In this document: positions 16,409 through 23,957 of the stretch, piece by piece
How the letters are laid out: each line of letters starts with the position of its first letter
Position numbering within the stretch: the stretch's first letter is position 1
Assembly (NCBI GenBank): GCA_034408705.1
Contig: JAWXCO010000015.1
Location: 25,066-49,065 of the forward strand
Reading direction: 5' to 3'
Origin: Bacteroidota bacterium
GTDB lineage: Bacteria; Bacteroidota; Bacteroidia; Chitinophagales; Chitinophagaceae
DNA: 24,000 nt
Translations under genes and position numbers: made by a program
Notes under the pieces: model-generated
The model's database searches: none
The model's input: only the letters and a program-made list of their open reading frames with translations
What the model was told of the DNA's origin: nothing

Positions 16409-16413
16409 TTTAA

Positions 16414-17238
16414 ATGATATTAACACCTGAAAGTATAGTCGAAACCGCTTCTTTTCTGCGGACATCCGGCTTTAATCAACCTGTGGTGGGTATTGTTATG
16501 GGCACCGGTCTCGGTGCAATGGCAGATAAAATTGAGAACCCGATTTCGATCCCTTATCCGGCCATTCCGAACTTCCCTGAAGCCACGGTAGAGTTTCATA
16601 AAGGCAACCTGTTGTATGGCTCCGTTGGTGACGTGAAGGTCATTGCGATGCAGGGTCGTTTTCATTATTATGAGGGCTATAGTATGCAGCAAATTACTTT
16701 TCCGATACGCGTAATGAAAGCATTAGGTATAAACTATCTTTTTCTAAGCAATGCAGCTGGTGGGCTGAACCCAAGCTACAAAAAAGGCGACCTCGTTTTA
16801 TTGGAAGACCATATCAATTTCCTGCCGGATAATCCGCTTCGGGGCGTAAGTGACCCGGCGCTGGGTCAGCGTTTTGTTGATATGAGCCGTCCCTATGATA
16901 TGCGCTTAATAAAACTGTTAGAAGATACCGCGTTATTACAAAACAAGATGGTAAAAAAAGGGATCTATGCAGCCGTGATGGGCCCTAATCTGGAGACCCG
17001 GGCCGAATACCGCTGGCTCCGTTCCACCGGCGCGGACCTGGTAGGCATGAGTACAGTCCCAGAAGTAATAGTGGCCAACCAGGCTGGGATAAAATGTGCA
17101 GCCATCAGTGTTGTCACGGATGAATGTGACCCCGATCATTTACAACCCGTAAATATTGCTGAGATCATTGAAGTGGCGGGCAGGTCGGATAAAATACTAA
17201 GTGATCTGTTGGTAGCCTGTATAAAAGAATTGAAATAA
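16414..17238 (+). CDS. purine nucleoside phosphorylase, trimeric PNP/MTAP class (PunA-like) with Asp at the base-specificity position
   Basis: Motifs GIVMGTGLG, QGRFHYYEG, LSNAAGGLN, GPNLETRAE and GADLVGMSTVPEVIVA. The ISVVTDE motif puts Asp236 (GAT, 17119-17121) where human PNP has Asn243. Confidence 0.85.
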   Translation: MILTPESIVETASFLRTSGFNQPVVGIVMGTGLGAMADKIENPISIPYPAIPNFPEATVEFHKGNLLYGSVGDVKVIAMQGRFHYYEGYSMQQITFPIRVMKALGINYLFLSNAAGGLNPSYKKGDLVLLEDHINFLPDNPLRGVSDPALGQRFVDMSRPYDMRLIKLLEDTALLQNKMVKKGIYAAVMGPNLETRAEYRWLRSTGADLVGMSTVPEVIVANQAGIKCAAISVVTDECDPDHLQPVNIAEIIEVAGRSDKILSDLLVACIKELK

Positions 17239-17283
17239 GTCTCCATACAATAAAACTACTTACATGCAGGGGATCGGGTAGTT

Positions 17284-17976
17284 TTAGCGGTAGTTCAGCA
17301 TTTTTTTATACATATGCACCATTTCCACCTGGGAAGCCCCATTTTTATACATACTGACGATCTTCCTGTTGGTCATTTGTACTTTCCACCAGCTGTTTGT
17401 GTCATATTTACGGGCTGAAACAAGGGTCGGCTTATTAAAGATTTTGTACCGCTCTTTTTCTCTTGCCCTTGAAACAAATTCATACTCTTCCATGATCAGC
17501 ATATCTGTTTTGAAACCACCTGCGCTCATATACAAATCCCGGGTAATAAAAAGTGTCTGGTCTCCACCCATACAGATAAACCAGTCGAACCGGGTAAACC
17601 ACGCATTGATCTTTAAATACCATTTACGGGAATTAAATTGTGTACGATACCGGCCGATAGCAAACCCATCTTCTATTGCCTTGCTAATATCGGCAACAAA
17701 AGAGGCAGGAGGGAATGTATCTGCATGGACAAAATATAAAACATCTCCTTTGGCCAATGATGCCGCATAGTGCATTTGTGCTGCCCTGCCTTTTTGAGGT
17801 GAGAGAATCCCTGCTGCTCCTGCATTGTTAGCTATCAGCAACGTATCATCCGTACTGCCAGCATCCACCACAATGATTTCTGCGACCGCCTCCGTTTTAT
17901 ATTGCAGAAGATAACGGATAAGTTCTCCGATATGCTCAGCTTCATTATAAACCGGTATGATAATACTTATCTGCAT
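17284..17976 (-). CDS. family-2 glycosyltransferase, TIGR04283-like (arsenosugar-associated type)
   Basis: IIIPVYNE, VVDAGSTDDT, GRAAQM, LYFVHADTFPP, GGDQTLFITR and MEEYEF. The ~230 aa size is typical of the small GT2 that co-occurs with DUF2064 proteins. Confidence 0.7.
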   Translation of the reverse strand: MQISIIIPVYNEAEHIGELIRYLLQYKTEAVAEIIVVDAGSTDDTLLIANNAGAAGILSPQKGRAAQMHYAASLAKGDVLYFVHADTFPPASFVADISKAIEDGFAIGRYRTQFNSRKWYLKINAWFTRFDWFICMGGDQTLFITRDLYMSAGGFKTDMLIMEEYEFVSRAREKERYKIFNKPTLVSARKYDTNSWWKVQMTNRKIVSMYKNGASQVEMVHMYKKMLNYR

Positions 17977-18005
17977 AGCGATATGATGATAAAGCAGGGA
18001 AACAA

Positions 18006-19238
18006 TTATAAAGAAATTTGAGCAATCGTTTTACCAGCAATAAACCCACTGGTCCAGGCATACTGGAAATTAAATCCGCCGGTCACTCCGTCTACATCCA
18101 AGACTTCACCGGCAAAAAAAAGGTTCGGTTGTTTTTTACTCATCATCGTTGTATGATCGATTTCAGTAAGCCGGATACCGCCAGCCGTTACAAATTCTTC
18201 TTTGAATGTTGTTTTCCCTTTTACCTCAAACCCGCAACTACATAAATTCTTAACCAGTTTGTTGGCATCTTTTGAAGGCAGATCGGTCCATCTTCTTTCT
18301 GCATCTACACCTGAATAATGCAATAAAAAATCCCATAATCTTCCCGGCAAACCGAAATGGTTTTTTGTTCCTAGTTTTTGTGCAGCAATTTCAAAACGAA
18401 GTGACTGAAATTTCTCAGCCAGTTGTTGTTCATTGTAATTTGGCAACCAGTTAACAACGATACTAAAATTATATTGTTTAATAGCCAGTTCCCGGGCTCC
18501 CCATGCACTTAGCTTTAATATTGCCGGGCCGCTCATTCCCCAATGGGTAATCAGTAGCGGGCCCTCCTGTTCAAGCTTTGTTCCGGTGATCTTGACCCTG
18601 GTATTTTCCACACTTACACCCATCAGTTCCCTGATCGGATGACCTGGCATATTAAACGTGAATAAAGATGGGACCGGGTCTTCAATGGAATGTCCCAGCT
18701 CCCGCAGCCATTCAAACATAGAAGACTTTGGATATCCCCCGCTTGCAATACATATATAGTCAGCTGTAAGCATCCTGGAGTTGGATAGTTGAATGGCAAA
18801 TTGTCCTTTCTTACTGTTTATGTTTTTTACTTCTGTCTGCATCATCATTTCAATACCATACCGGCTCATTTCGTTCAGCAGGCAATCAATGATTGTCTGA
18901 GAGGAGTCAGTAATGGGAAACATTCTTCCGTCTTTTTCCTCTTTCAGTTCTACTCCTCTTTGGCGAAACCAGTCGATCGTATCTGTGGTAAAAAACTGGT
19001 GAAACGTTTTCTTTACAAAATTTCCTCCCCTTGGATATCTTTTACTCATATCCGCAATATCAAAACAAGCGTGCGTAACATTGCAGCGGCCACCGCCACT
19101 TACTTTTACTTTCGATAAAAGCTTACCGGTCTTTTCTATCAGGATGACCTGCAGGTTAGGGTTTAATCTTGCTGCATTCACTGCACAGAAAAAACCGGCT
19201 GCTCCGCCCCCTACCACTACCAGTTTTTTTACTACCAT
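18006..19238 (-). CDS. HI0933/YhiN (BaiN-like) family NAD(P)/FAD-dependent oxidoreductase
   Basis: Start moved to the ATG at 19238 (MVVKKLVVVGGGAAGFF, the dinucleotide-binding GxGxxG). SGGGRCNVTH is the family signature. The longer ORF to 19421 would overlap map. Confidence 0.8.
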   Translation of the reverse strand: MVVKKLVVVGGGAAGFFCAVNAARLNPNLQVILIEKTGKLLSKVKVSGGGRCNVTHACFDIADMSKRYPRGGNFVKKTFHQFFTTDTIDWFRQRGVELKEEKDGRMFPITDSSQTIIDCLLNEMSRYGIEMMMQTEVKNINSKKGQFAIQLSNSRMLTADYICIASGGYPKSSMFEWLRELGHSIEDPVPSLFTFNMPGHPIRELMGVSVENTRVKITGTKLEQEGPLLITHWGMSGPAILKLSAWGARELAIKQYNFSIVVNWLPNYNEQQLAEKFQSLRFEIAAQKLGTKNHFGLPGRLWDFLLHYSGVDAERRWTDLPSKDANKLVKNLCSCGFEVKGKTTFKEEFVTAGGIRLTEIDHTTMMSKKQPNLFFAGEVLDVDGVTGGFNFQYAWTSGFIAGKTIAQISL

Positions 19239-19265
19239 AAAATAAAACCCCTCAGCTGAGGGGTT
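19239..19265 (-). terminator. 20-bp perfect palindrome plus U-tract spanning the map stop codon
   Basis: aacccctcagctgaggggtt (19246-19265) is a perfect dyad containing the map TGA. On the minus strand it is followed by TTATTTT, which runs directly into the ATG at 19238. Confidence 0.55.
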
Positions 19266-20070
19266 GAAGTATTTGTTGGGTAAATAAGTTAGGATTTGTT
19301 TCTTCTGCCTTTTCAATCGTACTGTAATTGGACAATATATCTGCCTTCCCTTTCCTGACACAGACATCATGTTCAAAATGCACCGATGGTTTTCCGTCCT
19401 TTGTCCGTACGGTCCAGCCATCTTCTTCAGTAAACACTTCTTTCTTTCCCAGGTTGATCATCGGTTCTATTGCCAGCACCAATCCTTCTTTCAATTTCGG
19501 ACCGCTTCCCCGTTTGCCATAGTTAGGTACCTGGGGATCTTCATGCAGGCTCCGGCCCAGCCCATGCCCCACCAATTCCCTTACCACACCATAGCCATTT
19601 TTTTTCTCTGTATGCTCCTGTATGGCAAATGCAATATCTCCGATCCTGTTCCCTATTACTGCTTTTTCAATCCCTTTATACAACGATTCTTTTGTCACTT
19701 GTATCAGCCGCAATGTTTCAACTCCCGGATCACCAATAGCAAAAGTGTAGGCATGATCACCGTGCCAGCCGTTTAATATGACACCGATATCGACAGAAAT
19801 AATATTCCCTTCGGCCAGTTCATTCGGCCCGGGGAAACCATGCACCACCACATCATTGACTGAAATACAGGAATTATAAGGGTAACCTTTATAATTTAAA
19901 AAGGAAGGAATGGCTTCGTGATCCCTGATAAACTGGCCAATCACTTTATCTATAGAAAGGGTGGTGATACCAGGTTTCAGCATTCCGGCCACTTCGGCCA
20001 ATGTCTTACTGACCAGCAATGCACTCTTGCGCATCATTTCGACCTGTTCATCTGTTTTATAAAGCATCAT
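19252..20070 (-). CDS. map: type I methionine aminopeptidase
   Basis: Metal-ligand blocks SVDIGV...GWHGD, VGHGLG, LAIEPM and HFEHD. The ORF track begins at a TTG (20079); the first ATG is at 20070 (MMLYKTDEQVEMMR), with 20067 as an alternative. Confidence 0.9.
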   Translation of the reverse strand: MMLYKTDEQVEMMRKSALLVSKTLAEVAGMLKPGITTLSIDKVIGQFIRDHEAIPSFLNYKGYPYNSCISVNDVVVHGFPGPNELAEGNIISVDIGVILNGWHGDHAYTFAIGDPGVETLRLIQVTKESLYKGIEKAVIGNRIGDIAFAIQEHTEKKNGYGVVRELVGHGLGRSLHEDPQVPNYGKRGSGPKLKEGLVLAIEPMINLGKKEVFTEEDGWTVRTKDGKPSVHFEHDVCVRKGKADILSNYSTIEKAEETNPNLFTQQILQPLS

Positions 20071-20087
20071 ACGTTGCAAATATCTTT

Positions 20088-20122
20088 AAAAAAACAAAAC
20101 CCGGCAAGTATTGCTTACCGGG
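20088..20122 (-). terminator. rho-independent terminator after secY
   Basis: Minus-strand cccgguaagc-aauac-uugccggg (9 bp with 1 mismatch) followed by UUUUGUUUUUUU. It lies 22 nt after the secY stop and just upstream of map. Confidence 0.7.
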
Positions 20123-20144
20123 TCCTGCTGTATAAAATTTATTG

Positions 20145-21485
20145 TTACATCTGGACTGCAGAAGTGGTTTGACGGCCCTGTATACGTCCGCTTTTCATTA
20201 AGCCATCGTACTGACGCATTAATAACTGTGTTTCGATTTGTTGTAAAGTATCGAGGATAACACCTACCATGATCAGCAATGAAGTACCACCAAAGAACGT
20301 AGAGAAAGCCTGTGTTACACCGAACCGCTCTGCAATACCCGGAAGAATACCCACAAAAGCAAGTAAAAATGCACCGGGCAGTGTGATACGGTCCATGATA
20401 GCACCGATATAATCCGCCGTCGGTTGTCCTGGTTTTACACCGGGGATAAAACCGTTATTCTGTTTCAGGTTATCCGCTATTTGCTTGGGATTAAAGATCA
20501 GCGCCGTGTACAAAAAGGTAAATCCAATTACCACCACGGAGTAAATAAGCATATACCACAAACTCTTATGGTCGGTCAGTTCTCTTAAGAAACTACCACT
20601 GGTTGGATTAAAATTTGCAAAAATGGTAGGGATAAAGATGATCGCCTGGGCAAAAATGATAGGCATAACACCGGCACTGTTCACCTTCAATGGTAGAAAC
20701 TGTCTGGCGCCACCAAACTGGCGGTTCCCCACTATTTGCTTGGCATAGTTCACCGGTACTTTACGTACACCCTGTATCAGCAAAATACATCCCATAATGA
20801 TCGCAATCAGGATGGCTATTTCAATAATGAAAATCAAAATATCACCGCTTCTGCCTGATTTGCTACTTAACTCCTGGAGGAAAGACTGTGGCAAACGGGC
20901 CAGGATACCGATCATGATGATCAACGAAGTTCCATTACCCAATCCTTTATCAGTGATCTTCTCTCCCATCCACATGACAAACATGGTTCCTGCTGTTAAT
21001 ACCACTACAGTGATTAACCAGAAACTGGAAGGAGAAAGTCCTGCCATCATCGCTCCGGACTGTGCGGTCAATCCTTCTAAATATTTTACATAAGCAGATG
21101 CCTGTAATATGGTAACTGCTACCGTGAGGTAACGGGTGTATTGATTGATTTTCTTACGCCCACTATCACCTTCTTTTTGCATTTTCTGAAAACGGGGCAC
21201 CAGCACCGTCATCAGCTGCATAAAAATGGAAGCAGAGATATAAGGCATGATACCCAATGCAAAAATGGAGGCGTTATTAAATGCACCTCCGGAGAAAGCA
21301 TCGATCAAACCGAGGATACCATTATTATTTCTATCACCGGTTTCGAGCTTAGTAGGATCAATACCGGGCAAAACAATATGTGAACCAATCCGGTAGATTG
21401 CGATCATCATCAGGGTAAAAAGAATTTTACCCCGCAACTCTTCAATGCTCCAGATATTTTTGAGTGTCTGTATTAATTTCTTCAC
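20145..21485 (-). CDS. secY: preprotein translocase subunit SecY
   Basis: Full-length 10-TM SecY (LGIMPYISASI, GEKITDKGLGNGTSLIIM, LLIMVGVILDT). It appears to start at a GTG (21485). Confidence 0.95.
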   Translation of the reverse strand: MKKLIQTLKNIWSIEELRGKILFTLMMIAIYRIGSHIVLPGIDPTKLETGDRNNNGILGLIDAFSGGAFNNASIFALGIMPYISASIFMQLMTVLVPRFQKMQKEGDSGRKKINQYTRYLTVAVTILQASAYVKYLEGLTAQSGAMMAGLSPSSFWLITVVVLTAGTMFVMWMGEKITDKGLGNGTSLIIMIGILARLPQSFLQELSSKSGRSGDILIFIIEIAILIAIIMGCILLIQGVRKVPVNYAKQIVGNRQFGGARQFLPLKVNSAGVMPIIFAQAIIFIPTIFANFNPTSGSFLRELTDHKSLWYMLIYSVVVIGFTFLYTALIFNPKQIADNLKQNNGFIPGVKPGQPTADYIGAIMDRITLPGAFLLAFVGILPGIAERFGVTQAFSTFFGGTSLLIMVGVILDTLQQIETQLLMRQYDGLMKSGRIQGRQTTSAVQM

Positions 21486-21553
21486 GGGAATTAAAAAAAT
21501 TTAAAAGCACTTAAAACATACTACCCCGGCTTGCTGGTGTAGTACATATAAAA

Positions 21554-21572
21554 GACGCATTGTCAGTGCGTC
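21554..21572 (-). terminator. possible attenuator hairpin between rplO and secY
   Basis: Minus-strand gacgca-cugacaa-ugcguc followed by UUUUAUAU, within a 104-nt rplO-secY spacer. Confidence 0.3.
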
Positions 21573-21589
21573 GTTACAATTTAGCGAAA

Positions 21590-22039
21590 TTACTTTACAA
21601 TCTCTATCGTTCCACCTGCCGCTTCAATAGCGGATTTGGCTTTCGCACTTGCAGCATTCACTTTGAAAGTGAATTTACCATTCAGCTCCCCGTTTCCCAG
21701 TATTTTTATTCTGTCGTTTTGGGCAATCAGGCCGTTAATATACAAACTCTCCGGTGAAAATTCAGTGATACTATATTTCTCAGACAATTGTTCGATTTGT
21801 CCCAGATTCAATACTTTATATTCTATCCGGTTAATGTTCGTAAAACCACGTTTAGGGACACGCCGCTGAATAGGCATCTGGCCACCTTCATGCGCCATTT
21901 TACTTTTATAACCTGAGCGGCTTTGTCCGCCTTTGGTACCTTTTGTAGATGTTCCACCATGACCAGAACCATCACCACGGCCAATTCTTTTGTCTTTGTG
22001 TACAGAACCTTTTGCAGGTCTTAATTCGTGTAGTTTCAT
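21590..22039 (-). CDS. rplO: 50S ribosomal protein L15
   Basis: MKLHELRPAKGS...RIGRG.GSG.G.TS.KG.KG. This is the canonical L15 N-terminus, in the operon position after L30. Confidence 0.95.
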   Translation of the reverse strand: MKLHELRPAKGSVHKDKRIGRGDGSGHGGTSTKGTKGGQSRSGYKSKMAHEGGQMPIQRRVPKRGFTNINRIEYKVLNLGQIEQLSEKYSITEFSPESLYINGLIAQNDRIKILGNGELNGKFTFKVNAASAKAKSAIEAAGGTIEIVK

Positions 22040-22067
22040 TGTTGTTTGCTTTTATTTTTGACTTAAC

Positions 22068-22102
22068 GCCCCGAAAGCTTCCGATAGTTACCGGAACGGG
22101 GC
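22068..22102 (-). repeat. GATAGT-loop compound hairpin, copy 2 (rpmD-rplO spacer)
   Basis: Outer stem gccccg/cggggc, 5-nt asymmetric bulge, inner stem ttccg/cggaa, loop ATAGTTAC. It lies about 30 nt upstream of the rplO ATG. Confidence 0.5.
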
Positions 22103-22162
22103 TCGCTTTTTTAATTTGAAAATTTAACGAAAAGATTATAATCCCGGATCGTTAAATCACAT

Positions 22163-22345
22163 TTATGCCAGTTCTTCCACTTTTAAAAGGTGGGTTACTT
22201 TACGTATCATCCCCAGTATTTGCGGAGTCGCTTCTACTTCTTTGGAAGAATTCGTTTTATTAAGACCTAAAGCCTGTACAGTCAGTTTCTGACGTTCAGG
22301 TCTGTCGATAGGGCTTTTTACCAATGTTATCTTTAACTTTTTCAT
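22163..22345 (-). CDS. rpmD: 50S ribosomal protein L30
   Basis: 60 aa, KITLVKS.I......K.T..ALGL pattern, positioned between S5 and L15. Confidence 0.9.
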   Translation of the reverse strand: MKKLKITLVKSPIDRPERQKLTVQALGLNKTNSSKEVEATPQILGMIRKVTHLLKVEELA

Positions 22346-22368
22346 AATTCAATTCTTTTGAAATCGTA

Positions 22369-22887
22369 TTAACCGTTGAATACTTTCTTTAACCCCATCG
22401 TGCGGGTCTTCGCTACATTGATCGGCTCTCTCAGTAACGCTAACGCTTTAAAAGTTGCTTTTACCACGTTGTGAGGATTAGCAGAACCCAATGATTTAGC
22501 CAAAACGTCCGTTACGCCGGCTGCTTCCAGCACAGCACGCATAGAACCTCCGGCGATCACACCAGTACCATGGGCAGCTGGTTTAATCAGCACCTTGGCA
22601 GCACCTTCTTTAGCCCACTGGTCATGCGGGATCGTACCCTTCATTACCGGAACTTTGATAAGGTTCTTTTTGGCATCCTCAATTCCTTTGGTAATAGCTT
22701 CCTGTACTTCCTTGGCTTTGCCCAAACCATGGCCCACTACTCCGTTCTCGTTTCCAACAACGACGAGTGCAGAAAAACTGAAAGCACGGCCACCTTTGGT
22801 AGTTTTTACTACCCGGTTGATGGCTACTACTTTATCTTTCAGTTCCAGGTCACCTGCTTTTACCCTGTTTACGTTGAACTTTGACAT
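22369..22887 (-). CDS. rpsE: 30S ribosomal protein S5
   Basis: [33 protein letters not shown] and the GTGVIAGG motif. Confidence 0.95.
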   Translation of the reverse strand: MSKFNVNRVKAGDLELKDKVVAINRVVKTTKGGRAFSFSALVVVGNENGVVGHGLGKAKEVQEAITKGIEDAKKNLIKVPVMKGTIPHDQWAKEGAAKVLIKPAAHGTGVIAGGSMRAVLEAAGVTDVLAKSLGSANPHNVVKATFKALALLREPINVAKTRTMGLKKVFNG

Positions 22888-22921
22888 GTATACTTGTAAT
22901 TAAAGTTTGAATGTTGTTTGC

Positions 22922-23284
22922 TTAAAATTTCAGGCCGCCTTCTCTTGCTCCGTCAGCTACTGATTTCACCCGGCCATGATATAGATAACCACCACGGTCA
23001 AAAGTTACATTTTCAATACCCAGCTCAACGGCTTTCTTAGCGATTGCTTCCCCTACCATCTTGCTCTTTTCTACTTTATTCACCTTTTGGGCTGCAATAG
23101 ACTTGTCTTTGGAAGAAGCTGCTGCCAGTGTCTGACCATTTGCATCATCGATCAACTGTGCATAAATATCAGCGTTACTTCTGAACACAGATAAGCGGGG
23201 CTTCTGCGCTGAGCCTTCACCAATTCTACGGCGAATGCGATAACGGATGTTTCTTCTTCTTTGTGATTTAACTTTTGGGTTCAT
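22922..23284 (-). CDS. rplR: 50S ribosomal protein L18
   Basis: Basic N-terminus, then [17 protein letters not shown] and the C-terminal [25 protein letters not shown]. Confidence 0.9.
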   Translation of the reverse strand: MNPKVKSQRRRNIRYRIRRRIGEGSAQKPRLSVFRSNADIYAQLIDDANGQTLAAASSKDKSIAAQKVNKVEKSKMVGEAIAKKAVELGIENVTFDRGGYLYHGRVKSVADGAREGGLKF

Positions 23285-23303
23285 CTCTTTCTATTTTATG
23301 GTT

Positions 23304-23336
23304 CCCTGTCCTGATAGTTATCGAGGACTGCCAGGG
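23304..23336 (-). repeat. GATAGT-loop compound hairpin, copy 3 (rplF-rplR spacer)
   Basis: Outer stem ccctg/caggg. Inner stem tcct(g)at/at(c)gagga region closing the loop AGTT. Core CTGATAGTTATCG. Confidence 0.5.
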
Positions 23337-23353
23337 TTCAATTTTCAAATTAT

Positions 23354-23908
23354 TTATTTACCAGCCGCTTTACCAGCTTTCTTACGTACCACTTCACCAA
23401 CATAACGAACACCTTTTCCTTTGTATGGTTCAGGTTTGCGGAGGCCGCGCAATTTAGCGGCTACCTGTCCGATCAGTTGCTTATCGATTCCTTCCAGGGT
23501 AATAATCGGGTTCTGACCTTTTTCCTGTGCGGTAGCAACCTTCAATTCTTTTGGCACTTCAAAAACGATATTATGAGAGAAACCTAAAGAAAGATCGAGC
23601 ACATTTCCCTGGCTAGCTGCTTTAAAACCTACCCCGATCAATTCCAGTTTTCTTTGATAGCCTTCCGTTACACCTTTTACCATATTAGATACCAGCGAAC
23701 GATATAAACCATGCATGGCGCGGTGACGGATCTGATCAGTTGGACGGGCAAAAGTGATCTGGCCATCTTTTACTTCCAGCGTAATATCGCGGTCAACTGT
23801 TTCTTTCAATTCACCTTTGGGACCTTTTACAGTCACTACATTGTCCTTACCCACAGAAATCGTTACACCATTGGGAGCGATCACGGGTTGTTTTCCTATA
23901 CGAGACAT
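23354..23908 (-). CDS. rplF: 50S ribosomal protein L6
   Basis: MSRIGK.P...P.GV........V.VKGPKGEL, a two-domain L6 upstream of L18. Confidence 0.95.
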   Translation of the reverse strand: MSRIGKQPVIAPNGVTISVGKDNVVTVKGPKGELKETVDRDITLEVKDGQITFARPTDQIRHRAMHGLYRSLVSNMVKGVTEGYQRKLELIGVGFKAASQGNVLDLSLGFSHNIVFEVPKELKVATAQEKGQNPIITLEGIDKQLIGQVAAKLRGLRKPEPYKGKGVRYVGEVVRKKAGKAAGK

Positions 23909-23943
23909 AAAATAAGTTTATAGTTTGTTGTTTATAATTTGTT

Positions 23944-23957
23944 GCTGACCGGTCAGC
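23944..23957. other. 14-bp perfect palindrome GCTGACCGGTCAGC upstream of rplF
   Basis: Perfect dyad in the spacer preceding rplF. All three minus-strand frames contain a stop codon between 23958 and 24000, so the upstream gene (expected rpsH) ends at or beyond about 23969-23997. Confidence 0.4.

Noticed and set aside
16328-16465. Long N-terminal extensions in the ORF track: 15056-16465, 4723-6300, 18006-19421 and 3184-3780
   Set aside because: Internal ATGs give proper signal peptides (MKWSFLF..., MKTVLRSLLF...) or the GxGxxG N-terminus (MVVKKLVVVGGGAAG). The extended versions would overlap the PNP gene or map, or would contain a consensus -7 promoter box.
17252-17285. 8-bp AT-rich stem aaaactac/gtagtttt between the convergent PNP and GT2 genes, considered as a bidirectional terminator
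   Set aside because: The loop is 18 nt, the stem is weak, and it overlaps the GT2 stop codon. It is not convincing as a terminator.
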